Part shown: one piece after another, positions 12,315-24,500 of the stretch | Position numbering within the stretch: position 1 is the first letter of the stretch | Layout: the number at the start of each line of letters is the position of its first letter | Source: Octopus vulgaris | Lineage: Eukaryota | Direction of reading: 5' to 3' | Assembly: GCA_951406725.2 (NCBI GenBank) | Contig: OX597842.1 | Coordinates: 6,448,001 to 6,512,000, forward strand | DNA: 64,000 nucleotides | Notes under the pieces: model-generated | Databases searched by the model: none | Seen by the model: only the letters and a program-made list of their open reading frames with translations | Told to the model about the DNA's origin: nothing | Translations under genes and position numbers: made by a program

Positions 12315-12664
12315 CGTAGGAGGGGCTGTGTGGGAAGTAGCTTGCTTACCAACCACATGGTTCTGGGTTCAGTCCCACTGTGTGGCACCTTGGACAGGTG
12401 TCTTCTACTATAGCCATGGGCCGACCAAAGCCTTGTGAGTGGATTTGGTAGACGGAAACTGAAAGAAGCCCGTCGTATATATGTATATATAGGCACAGGA
12501 GTGGCTGTGTGGTAAGTAGCTTGCTTACCAACCACATGGTTCTGCGTTCAGTCCCACAGTGTAGCACCTTGGGCAGGTGTCTTCTACTATAGCCTTGGAC
12601 TGACCAAAGCCTTGTGAGTGGATTTGGTAGATGGAAACTGAAAGAAGTCCGTTGTATATATGCA

Positions 12665-12695
<31 letters not shown>

Positions 12696-12870
12696 TTGTG
12701 TGTCTGTGTTTGTCCCTCTAACATCGCTTGACAACTGATGCTGGTTCGGCAAAAAGAGATCGATAAAATAAGTAGTAGGCTTACAAAGAATAAGTCCTGG
12801 GGTTGATTTGCTCAACTAAAGGCGGTGCTCCAGCATGGCCACAGTCAGATGACTGATAGAAGTAAAAGAG
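12315..12870 (+). mobile_element. SINE family A, partial plus full tandem copies
   Basis: The head is repeated at about 12315 and 12491. Confidence 0.88.
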
Positions 12871-13180
12871 TGTATATTTTAGGAAGTAAAAAGTTATGAC
12901 TGGTCATAGTGTTCTCATTGGTTTTGGACCTATAAAGTGCTTAGCAGTATAAGTGATTCATCAGACTCTAAGAAGTCACCTACCAACCACAACTTTTAGT
13001 ATCCTAAAAAGTATTTTACTGTTCCAATGCCTTAGAGTGTACTTCTTTTTCAGATACATAAACTACTGATGATATACATGTCGTTGACTCCCAACCTGTC
13101 TGACTTACGATTGATTGACTTTACGACGATTGACATGCCAGCTCCCAGCAACAATAGTCCAGTTGAAATCTAATGGATTT

Positions 13181-13616
13181 AAGGTGGCAAGACTGGCAGA
13201 AACGTTAGCACGCCAGGCGAAATGCTTAGCAGTATTTCGTCTGTCTTTACGTTCTGAGTTCAAGTTCCGCCCAGGTCAACTTTGCCTTTCATCCTTTTGG
13301 GGTTGATAAATTAAGTACCAGTTACGCACTGGGATCGATGTAATTGACTTAATCGCTTTGTTTGTCCCCTCTGTGTGTACCCCTTGTGGGCAATAAAGAA
13401 ATAAGAAACGTTAGCACGCCAGGCGAAAATAGCAGTATTTCGTCTGACTTTATGTTCTGAGTTCAAATTCCGTCGAGATCGACTTTGCCTTTCATCCTTT
13501 CGGGGTCAATAAATTAAGTACCAGTTATATACTGGGGTCGATGTAATCGACTTAATCCCTTTGTCTGTCCTTGTTTGTCCCCTCATGTTTAGCCCCTTAT
13601 GGGTAATAAAGAAATA
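13181..13616 (+). mobile_element. SINE family B (Nin/Deu-like core), dimeric
   Basis: GCCTTTCATCCTTT.GGGGT..ATAAATTAAGTACC core occurs twice. 17-bp TSD tgaaatctaatggattt at 13164-13180 and 13617-13633. Confidence 0.88.
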
Positions 13617-14020
13617 TGAAATCTAATGGATTTAATTTCAGAAAAATTAACCTGTCTGTGGATGACATCAGCTAACAAACGACATCGAAGATCCACAGCC
13701 AAGCACCAGTCTACAATAAATTTTTATGTAAGTTTTGCAACTGTTTCATACTCTGCATTGTGTATTTCTTGTATTTGTATTCTTTGGTACTTTTCTATGA
13801 ATAAATAACACTGTTGTAGTAGAATACAGAATACTGTGTGTGACTTTTACCCGAGAATGTACTTTAAGAATGTAAAAATATAAAACAAAGTTATGTAGGC
13901 CTATAGGCCGACTTATGACCAGTCAACCAGAACCAGTTATAGTTGTAAGTCGTCCTGTATATGTGTGTGTGTGTGTGTGTGTATAGGTGTAGTTATGTGG
14001 TAAGAAACTTGTTTCCCAAG

Positions 14021-14413
14021 TAAGGCAGAAGTGTTAGCACGCCGGGTGAAATGCTTAGCAGTATTTTGTCTGAGTTCAAATTCCACCAAGGCCGACTTTG
14101 CCTTTCATCCTTTCGGGGTCAATTAAATAAGTACCAGTTACGCACTGGGGTCGATATAATCGACTTAATCTGTCTGTCTGTCCTTGTTTGTCCCCTCTAT
14201 GTTTAGCCCCTTGTGGGTAGTAAAGAAATAGGTATTTTGTCTGCCGTTATGTTCTGAGTTCAAATTCCGCCGAGGTCGACTTTGCCTTTCATCCTTCCAG
14301 GGTCAATAAATTAAGTACCAGTTACGCACTGGGGTTGATGTAATTGACTTAATCCCTTTGTCTGTCCTTGTTTGTTCTCTATGTGTTTAGCCCCTTGTGG
14401 GCAATAAGAAAAT
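14021..14413 (+). mobile_element. SINE family B dimer nested in a family A head
   Basis: Duplicated aagaaacttg(t/c)ttcccaag flanks. Confidence 0.85.
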
Positions 14414-15440
14414 AAGAAACTTGCTTCCCAAGCATGTGGTTCTGGGTTCAGATCCCCTCCTTGTCTATTTGGTAGACAGAAACTGAAAGAAGCCCACTGT
14501 GTGTATATATATCTACATATATTTATGTGTGTGTCTTTGTGATGTCAGTGTGCTCACATCTTCAAAACTTAGCGGATCGGCAAAAGAGACCGATAGAATA
14601 AGTACTAGGCTTACAAAGAATAAGTCCTGGGGTTGACTCTTTGACTAAAACACCCTTTAAGACAGTGCTCCAGTATGCCAAAAGTTCTCTTCTCTCTGTA
14701 ACTTTTAAGTTTTGAAATTATGACATTTTTTACATTTTTTATTTCTTTTCAAATTTACATTATTTAAATATTGAAAATATTAAAAAAATGCATCCAAACT
14801 CCACAAAATAGTTGAAAATATAATTTTTACATTGTTACATAGTCATATCTCTGATATTTTAAAAATATAAACCAGAAAAAAAATTTTTTAATATCAGAAA
14901 AAGTCATGGAAAAGTGAAGAAAGGGGCAAAATTTTTAAAAGCTATTGAGAATCTTCTTGAAATCTGAAAAAAATTCACCCTGAAAAAAAAAAAAAAGGTA
15001 AAATTCTGTTTTAAGCACCCGGCTCAGAACTTTTATTTTTTGGAATTTTCAGAAAATCTTGTGAATTTGTGTTCTATACATGAATTATTTTTTTTATTTT
15101 TCGATTTAAAAAAAAAAAAACTGTTATAATTGTTTTGAATTTTTTATAAAATAAAATTTTAAAACATAGACAGTCCGAGATTTTTGCTTAAATTCCAGAA
15201 ATAAACCATTAATTGTGTTTATGGGAAGAAAGATATTGAAAAACATCAATATGTCAGAGCGACAAAGAAACAAGGAGGGTACAAGGTACTAAAAATAGCT
15301 GCTAAAAAAACCCATAAATCACAAATTTTTTTTTTTGTCTATGCATAACCATATGAATTCCTGTGCATAGAATACAAATTCGCAAGAAAAAATAATAATA
15401 ATAAAATTCTGAAAATTCCAAAAAATAAAAAAAGTTATGA

Positions 15441-15842
15441 GGTGCAGGAGTGGCTGTGTGGTAAGAAGCTTGCTTACCAACCACATGGTTCCAGGTTCAA
15501 TAACACTGTGTGTCACCTTGAGCAAGTGTCTTCTACTATAGCCTCGGGCCGACCAAAGCCTTGTGAGTGGATTTGGTAGATGGAAACTGAAAGAAGCTCG
15601 TCGTATATATGTATATATATGTATGTGTGTGTATATGTTTGTGTGTCTGTGTTTGTCCTCCCAACATCGCTTGACAACCGATGCTGGTGTGTTTACGTCC
15701 CCGTCAATTAGCGGTTCAGCAAAAGGGTCCGATAGAATAAGTACTAGGCTTACAAAGAATAAGCTCTGGGGTTGATTTGCTCGACTATAAAGGCGGTGCT
15801 CCAGCATGGCCACAGTCAAATGACTGAAACAATTAAAAGAGG
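15441..15842 (+). mobile_element. SINE family A
   Basis: Full-length match. Confidence 0.9.
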
Positions 15843-16129
15843 GGAAAAAAATAATAAAGAGTGCTTAAAGCAGAACTCCGACAAAAGTTTTAAAATAATT
15901 CGGGAAAAGAGGGAGAACTTAAAAAAAAAACAAAAAAAAGAAGTTTCCTTCTTTCCACGCACCCGTCCATTTTTGGCACCAAACACATTAGATGTCATTT
16001 TTTTCTTTTTTTCTTTGGAGTCGGAGAATAAACATCGTGTTTGTGTGTGTATGTGTATCGATATATACTTACACACAGATACAAACACGCTTGAGTGAAT
16101 GTGTTTATCGATATATACTCACACTTTTG

Positions 16130-16293
16130 TTAAAAAAGTAAATAAAACACAAAAACACACAGTAAATAATTTTTTAAACAAAGTAAATAACACACAAAAA
16201 ACACAAAGTAAGGATCGACCAGTCATGACTAGCTGGCGCGGATGCGCGAGTACAGGAGCTAACACACCGGGACCACTGTTCACTAGTAGTACC
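16130..16293. mobile_element. Half copy of the 54053-54367 MITE
   Basis: Same TIR end (gaccactgttcactagtagtaccc) and same AT-rich subrepeats. Confidence 0.75.
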
Positions 16294-16666
16294 CTCACAC
16301 AGAAATATACACGCACGTTCGCGCACTTGTTGGCGTGCGCGCCTATGTTGATATGTACGTGCGTGTGTCTGTGTGTGATATGCCTGACATTTGTCAATTC
16401 TCAAGGAGCGACAACTTCACAAACACCACTTGTTTCGTCGTGGTAAGAAGATGTGGGTTCGGAGGAAGATGAAAATGAAATGATTTATAAGATGATGACG
16501 AGATGGAAAGGAGATGGTACCTGCTCCCTGTGACGGTAGGGATAACTTGAAAGTTTTGCTGTTGTCGTTTTTGTTGCTGACTTTTGTTTGATGTTGTTAT
16601 TAGCAGAAAAGTGTACGGACACCACTAGATGAGAGTTTATAAATATATACACAATCACACACCCAC

Positions 16667-16708
<42 letters not shown>

Positions 16709-16839
16709 TTTATTTAAAAGCAGCAGAAATTCAACAGGTTTTGTTGAATTTCTGCTGCTTTTAAATAAAGTATATTACTCTACCCCTGGTATTTGAGTAC
16801 TCTTTTTTCCACCTTGTTTCACATTTATGTGTTTACTCC

Positions 16840-16906
<67 letters not shown>

Positions 16907-17014
16907 AGATGTGTATATCATTTTTCTACACACGTTTGTGTGTGTGTGCATAGTGCTAATACAGTTTACATATTTAGATATACACGTAGGTCTGTATGAT
17001 ACATACATATGTAT

Positions 17015-17050
<36 letters not shown>

Positions 17051-18242
17051 GTGTGGTTAATAATCAGAAGTTAGTTCCCAACTCCATGGCCCCGAACTCA
17101 ACGCATCTGCGTAGCACCTTGGGCAAGTTTTTTTTCTACTGTACTCTCGGGGCAATCAAAGCGTTGCGAGCGCATTTAGTAGAAAGAAACTGAAAGAAGC
17201 CCGTCGTATGTGTTTTTGCGTGTGTTTGTCCCCCACCGTCGCCTGAAAACTGGTGTTGGTGTATTTACGTCCTCGAAATCTTGTGGTTCAGCAGAAGACC
17301 CGATGTAATAAGTTTCTGGCTTAAAAGACAATAAGTTCTAGAGTTGATTCGTTTCAAGGCGGTGCCCCAGAATGACTAATGACTAAAAGAAGCGAAAGTT
17401 GTGCCAAGATTATATATACACTCACCTTTATATGTAAACATTCATGCTAAATTAATAAAGTATATATATGGGTATATATTATTATATACGTACATATACT
17501 CGTACATGAATACGTACATTCGTACGTTAGTAGGCAAATATATTCGCTTGAAAAGTATGTATTTAATATGTTGTGTGTGTCTAAACACATCTGTTCAGAG
17601 TAAAAATTAGTGTTTTATTTCCATCAAAAGATTGAAGTGAATATTGACGGGATTATAGTATAGAGTCAGATTTTATTGGTAATTTAAAATAGTTGTTCAC
17701 CCAGCGAGTCTACGAAGTTACTGTCAATGAAATTTTCACACAAACATATTTCGTTGCTGTTATGCAAAAGTGTCGTAAGTCCAAAACTTTGCTTTTTTCA
17801 GACAACGAAAAAATAGTTTCACCATTCCATAGCAAAACCGTTCTACTACACTTTCACAATTTTCGGTATCTTGGCATTTGAAGCAGCTGGAGATACGATT
17901 CTTTGACCAAAAGAACTGGCTATTGCAAGCAAAAATAAATATTGACAAAAAAAGAAAAAAAAAACGCATTTGGCCAAATTTGGACTTACGATAGTTTAAC
18001 ATAATAGCAACGGTTTGTATTTTGGTCGTCAGTCTGTTATTCTCTAGTTTCGCCTCTGTTCGGAGGCTCGTCAGGTAAGTTATGACGAGGTTTTAAAGTA
18101 CTCATCTCTGTTATAATGTTCGTTCCCCTTTCTTCCAATATTTTTCTTTTATGTTTAATTGTTTACCTGTTTAAGTCATTGGACCACAGCCATGCCAGGG
18201 CACGGCGGCCTTGAAGTGTTTACTAGAACCAGTACGTTTTTT

Positions 18243-18661
18243 GGCGATCTTTCGTCTCTAGTAGACCTTTCCGTCGATTTCCGTAAAAATATTTTTTTTT
18301 TACATATGGGCTTGCGGGAACTTTTGAAGCAATATACATACATATACACATACACCGAGTAAAAAATTTCAGTTATCTCTTTCTTTCACACATTACTCTG
18401 TCTCTTCACACACACTAACAGAAGCACTTCACTTACACAACATACTGTCCGTCTCCCACACCCCATCAAACACACACACACACATATACATCAATGCTCC
18501 CATGCACGGTAACTTCAAAAGAACTTCCCTCGTCATACAATCGCTTTCTCTTAGTCTCTTTCGCTCTCATTATTTCAAAAGTTCCCGTAAGCCCATATGT
18601 AAAAAAACAAAATTTTTTTACGGAAATCGACGGAAAGGTCTACTAGAGACGAAAGATTGCC
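18243..18661. mobile_element. MITE with about 90-bp TIRs, inserted in a degenerate SINE
   Basis: 18243-18333 is the reverse complement of 18569-18661 with few mismatches. Confidence 0.85.
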
Positions 18662-18927
18662 CCCTTTTTTAAAGCTTGTTTCTTATATCGTTCAGTTTTA
18701 TCAAACCACTAAGCTGGGGTGGGAACACACACACACACATATACGATGGGCTTTATACTTGTGTGTGTGTGCACTCGTCAACATGTACCTCCTTTCGACA
18801 ACGTAGCTTTTAATCCAATCAAGATATCCTTGCCCTGAAGAGTAGCTGACAGTATACACCTCACTTGGATTTTGCAAGTTTCACTCGCTACGGAACATAT
18901 TTTCCATACTCCATTCCGTAACTCTTG

Positions 18928-18962
<35 letters not shown>

Positions 18963-19060
18963 GGTAAAAACGGTAAGATAACAAAAGAAAGAAAGAGACC
19001 TCAATATTATGTAAATAGAGGAATTTATCTGTAAATGTAATGTGTGACAATTATTCGGTA

Positions 19061-19128
19061 GCCAAGATAAAACTGAGTTTCGGATGCCGAGGTGGAAATC
19101 CACATTACCATCTCTTCAGTTATCCGGC
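19061..19128 (-). ncRNA. Minimal type I hammerhead ribozyme-like motif
   Basis: Minus strand reads gccggataa CUGAAGA gatg...catc c GAAA c tca g UU ttatcttggc. Stem I is about 9 bp, stem II is gatg/catc, and helix III is vestigial. Confidence 0.65.
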
Positions 19129-19856
19129 CATCGGAAAAAACCGAAGAGATTTCCACCTCGGCATCCGAAACTCAGAGTTTTATCTTGGCTACCAAATAAT
19201 TGTCACATATTATATTTACAGATATATATATACGCTCAATTAAAATAGTCTGTTGAGATGTTTTGGAAGAATAACATGTTAATAACCAAAGATATGTCTT
19301 CTCTACTTTTTTTACTCCTCTGAGATTTTGCGCCACAAAATATTTTAATCATTGGAATTTAATTCATTTGAGCAATATCGAAACAGCTGTAAGGTAACAT
19401 GTTGAATTTTTGCAGTTAGTGAATTATATTTACACTACTTCTCCCCTTTCTGGATTTTAATTTGAACATTTCTAAACAAAGTTTTATAATTAAACCTGTT
19501 ACTTTAGAGATATTACTATTCACAACAAAATAATACTTAAGGAACCAGTTGTTCATTGGATGTTTTCTATCCTTTAATATATATTCTTTTATTTGTTTCA
19601 GTCACTTGACTGCAGGCCATGCTAGAGCACCACCTTAATGGCTATCAAGTGATGGTGGGTGGAGGGACAAACACATACATAAATAAATAAATATATATGT
19701 GTGTGTGTGTGTGTGTGTGGTGGACTTCTTTCAGTTTCCGACTTTCAAATCCAGTCATAAAGCTTTGGCTGGCCTGAGGCTATAGTAGAAGACACTTGCC
19801 CAAGGTGCCACACAGTAGTTAGGAAACATAATTCTTACCACTCAGCTATGCTAGCA

Positions 19857-19898
<42 letters not shown>

Positions 19899-20157
19899 GG
19901 TGTACAGGTAGATGATGTACAGGTATTTTATATTAGAAGAAATGAGGTACTCAGAAATTCAGATGGTTTTATATTTATTTGTATATTACATGTTTTTATA
20001 TATCATATATTAGCGCTTTCGTCCATTCTAGTGGAGTTTTCAAATTGAACTTCAACCTGACCTACATTTCAGTGTATAACCCCACCTCCACTGCAACATT
20101 TGCCTGTGTTTGGCCCTTTCCTTGCACAGAGGTCCTCCTTCTTGACTCCCACCTCCA

Positions 20158-21612
20158 TTAATAATAATAATAATAAACATTGTATACAGTGCTCAGGTGC
20201 ACTACAACTCATCTAAAGTATATATATAATCAGGTGTAGTTTCGACGGATTTCGGGAAGCATGAGGGCCTTAAAGGATGCATGTCATGGCAGTCAACAAC
20301 TGACGCAGGCAGTTTATTCCATGCTTCAGCAACTCTGAGCGTGAAGAAATGTTTCCGAAAGTCATGGGAGCTGTGTTGTTTTCTGATTTTGTAGGCATGT
20401 CCACGTGTGTTAGACACATGGAGATCAAAAAGGTGTTCAGTGTTGTTATTGGTGAGGTGGTTGACAACTTTGTGGGCGTTTACCAAGTCCGTCGCCAGAC
20501 GCCAGAGCTTCAGTGAATCCATGCCCAGGGAAAGAAGGCGCTCAGAATATGGTAGGTGTCTGATGGAGGGTATGCGTTTGGTTGCACGTCTCTGAACAGA
20601 TTCCAGGAGGTGAATGTTCTGAGCAAGATAGGGGTTCCAAACTGATGATGCGAATTCCAAGTGTGGTCGTACCATAGCTGTATACAGTTTTAAATAGATG
20701 GCTGGAGAGCGGCTAACAAAAGTCTTGCTGAGTGATGCCAAGACACCCTCGGCCTTCTTGACAATTTTAGAGATATGCTTTGTCCAATGCAAATCACTGC
20801 TGACAGTGATGCCTAGGTCACGCTCGCAAGCGGATTTCTTGATATCAGTGTTGTGGAGGGAGTATGTGGACGCAGGGTTTTTCTCCCAAAATGCATGGTG
20901 GTACACTTGTCCGCAGCCAGTTTCAGTTGCCAGTCTGTGATCCATTGCTGCATTGTGTCCAGGTCTGATTGCAGGAAAGAGCTGTAGACAACAGGATCTG
21001 TCCTCTTGATTTCAAGGTACAGCTTGATGTCGTCTGCATATTTTAATACTGTGGCATTCTTTAAATTTGCATCTATGTCATTAATGTATGCCACAAACAA
21101 GAGGGGACCAAGGACAGATCCCTGTGGTACACCCGATGACATCTCATATGGTGTAGAATGCTGTCCTAGAACTGTGACTACCTCCTTTCGGTTGAGAATG
21201 AAGGATTTCAACCAGTTAAAAAGGTCATCCCTCACACCCATTGCAGAGAGTTTCACCATAAGCCTTTTGTGTGGCACAGAGTTGAAAGCCTTAGCAAAGT
21301 CAAGGTAAACAACATCCACCCATGAGCCACTGTCAGTGATCTGAGTAATGTCCTCAAGGAACTCGACAAGCTGATCACTGCAGCTGGAGTTAGGGACAAA
21401 TCCATATTGTGAGGGTCGGATGAGACTGTGTGAGCTCCAGAAGTTCCAAAGTGTTTCCCTGACACACGATTCCATCAGTTTTGCAATACAGCCAGTGAGA
21501 CTGACTGGGCGATAGTTGACAGGTGATGTGCGGTCGCCCTTTTTGAATAGAGGAATGACACTGGCAGTTTTCCACTGTTCCGGAGTAGCACCATTGTTGA
21601 GACAGTACTGGA
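20158..21612 (-). mobile_element. 5'-truncated CR1/L2-group LINE, frameshifted reverse transcriptase
   Basis: Motifs NYRPVSL, VYLDFAKAF, GVPQGSVLGPLLF, KYADD, ERDLG, RPHLE and TRGH spread over two frames, with a (TTA)n tail. Confidence 0.93.
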
Positions 21613-22329
21613 AGAAAATAGAGAGCTGGAATCTATTTTCATTGTGAGCAGGAATCTATTTTCTCCCTCTCCACCTCTGACCACAGTCCCTCATGGTCTA
21701 AATTCGTCCTCTCTTATCATACTTTAGCCACCACTCCTAAACACTTGTCATAAAACCACCTCTTTTAAGTACTACCCCCACCCACTTAGTCAAAGAGGAT
21801 TTCTCTTTTTCTTGTTCGTTTCCCATCTTGCAAGTTCCTTAGTCACCTCACTAGTACTGGTGGCATGAAAAAAAAAAACATCCACTACAAACTATAAAGT
21901 GGTTGGTTGTAGAAACCATGCCAAAAGTGACATCGGAGCTCAATACAGGCCTCAGGTTCTAGAAAACTTTCCAACCCATGCCAGCATGGAAAACAGACAT
22001 CGAATGATGATGACACATGCATACAAACAGACACACATGTAGACATATAGACATGTGCTGGGTTCAATCCCACTGCGTGGCACCCTGGGCAAGTGCTTTC
22101 TACTATAGCTTCAGTCTGACCAAAGCATTGAGAGGGGATTTGGTAGATGGAAACTGAAAGAAGCCCATCATATATGTGTGTGTATGGTGTGTTTGTATCA
22201 GTGTTTCTCACCCACCACTGCTTGACAACTGGTGTTGGTGTGTTTACATCCCTGTGACTTAGTGTTTGGCAAAAGATACTGATAGGATAAGTTCCAGGTT
22301 TAAAAATAAAATTAGAACAGGACCAAAAA

Positions 22330-24500
22330 TTAACTCTACAGGCATGAGGATTATAAATATAAGACATGATGCGGATAAAATTGAAGAAAAAGATTGCTCT
22401 TGTCTTCATGCATGTTGACTGGTAACAGATCAGAAAAAAGAGGAAAAATTTCAAGACTGAACCCATGTTATGGGTGTGGTGGTCTACATCTTATAAGTGA
22501 CTGTCCACTTAAAATTATAAAATGCTTCAAGTGTTTTAAGATAGGTCATAAAAAATCACACTGTAAAATAAAACCTAAAAAATGGTTCAACAGAAAAAAA
22601 CTTATGTAAACAAGCATCAAAGGAAATTTGTGTGTGTAAAAATGAATAATAAACATAAAGTTACAATTGGATATGGACAGTAAATATCTTGATAATTAAC
22701 AAAGATACATGGGGGAAAAAATCAGGAGACTTAGATTAAAAGAAACTTTAAAAATAGCACATGGTGTTTCAGGGAAAAAATTACATTTTATGGCCAAAAT
22801 GATAAATGACATTACATTTCATGAAAAATCCTGAGGCACTGCCTTTAGTCAAGCAAATCGACCCCAGGACTTATTCTTTGAAGCCTAGTACTTTATTTTA
22901 TCGGCCTCTTTTGCCGAATTGCTAAGTTATGGGGACGTAAACACACTAACATCGGTTGTCAAGCGATGTTGGGGGGACAAACACAGACACACAAACACAC
23001 ACACACATATATATATATACATATATACGATGGGCTTCTTTCAGTTTCCGTTTACCAAATCCACTCATAAGGCTTTGGTCAGCTCGAGACTATAGTTGAA
23101 GACACTTGCCCAAGGTGCTATGTAGTGGAACTGAACCCGGAACCGTGTGGTTGGTAAGCAAGCTACTTACCACACAGTCACTCCTGCGCCTACTGAAAAT
23201 AAAATATTTAGGACAAATCATTGACAGAAATGGACATCAACCAGATCTGTCGAGGGCAGACGCAATTAATAATGTGCCCCCTCCAACAAATATAGCAATC
23301 CTACAAGCTTTTTTGAGACTGGCAAATTATTACCAAAATTACATTCCAAATATGCATAAAGTAAGAGTTCCACTAACGAATCTATTAAAGAAAGATGTAA
23401 AGTGGAATTGATTTGAAAATTGTCAGGTGTTCAACAAAATTTTAAATATATTAACATTTGATTTGTCGTTAGCACACTTTGATCCTGTGGTGGAGATTGT
23501 AGTAACTTCAGATACCTTTCAGTACGGTATAGGAGCAGTAATGCTACATAATTATGAAGATGGTAACATGAAGGCAGTGGTTCATGCCTCACATCAGCAG
23601 AAAACAATTACAGCCAATTTGAAAAAGAGGCTATAGTGATTATTTTTGCCATAAAAAAATTTTACAGATTTCTTCATGGTAGAAGTTTTCAGTTACAAAT
23701 TATTGTCCGTTATTACCTATATATGGGATGAAGAAAGGAATCCCTACCCATACTGCTAATAGGTTGCAACACTGGGGTACTATATTATTAAGCTATGATT
23801 TTAAGATTGAGTATCTACCATCTAAGAAATAAGGACATTCTGATTGCTTATCAAGACTGATTTTTAAAAATGCTGAAATGTTTGAAGATACCATGTTTAC
23901 TGCATCGTGAGTGGAAAATGAAATTAAAAATGTTTTGTTCAATGTCATACATGAACTGTCAGTCATATTATATGGCTTAAAATTAAAACTGGGAAATGAT
24001 AAATTCATTAAAAAAATGAAGAAAATGATGAAGGCTAAAAGAGATAAAAATATGCACAACACAAATGCGAACCCATTCTTAATGTGTGATAATGTGTTGA
24101 TGCACACACAAAGGGTCATAGTGCCTGCCACACTACGAAGCAATTACTAAAGGAATTTTGCATTGGTTATCCAGGGATTTTGAGAATGAAATTGTTAATG
24201 AGAAGTTATGTATATTGACCAACAATGGGCTGTGATATTGAAGAACTAGTGAAAGCATGCAGAGGGTGTGTCGTAGCTGCAAAAGCACTTACCACTAAAT
24301 GGCATCTGTGGCCAAAAACAGATATTCCATGATCCAGACTGCATGTTGATTACACAGGTTCACATAAGGGTTCATATTACCTTGTTGTGATGGACAGTTT
24401 TTTAAAGAGGCCTGAAGTGCATAAGTGTAAAAAGCCAACATATGTGGTTACAATAAGTTTTTTATATGAATCATTTGCCAGATATGATATTCCTGATACA
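22330..24500 (+). mobile_element. Degenerate Ty3/gypsy LTR-retrotransposon internal region, interrupted by a SINE
   Basis: Two CCHC knuckles (CYGCGGLHLISDC, CFKCFKIGHKKSHC), an RT-end/RNase H segment (KYLGQII...LANYY...PLTNLLKKDVKWN) and an integrase-like zinc finger with RLHVDY. Many stops. Confidence 0.88.
22835..23191 (-). mobile_element. SINE family A nested in the gypsy remnant
   Basis: Matches the family; tail is truncated. Confidence 0.88.

Noticed and set aside
18835-18900. CTGAAGA-gtagc...gctac-GGAA
   Set aside because: Core mismatch and no stem I; at best a decayed motif.
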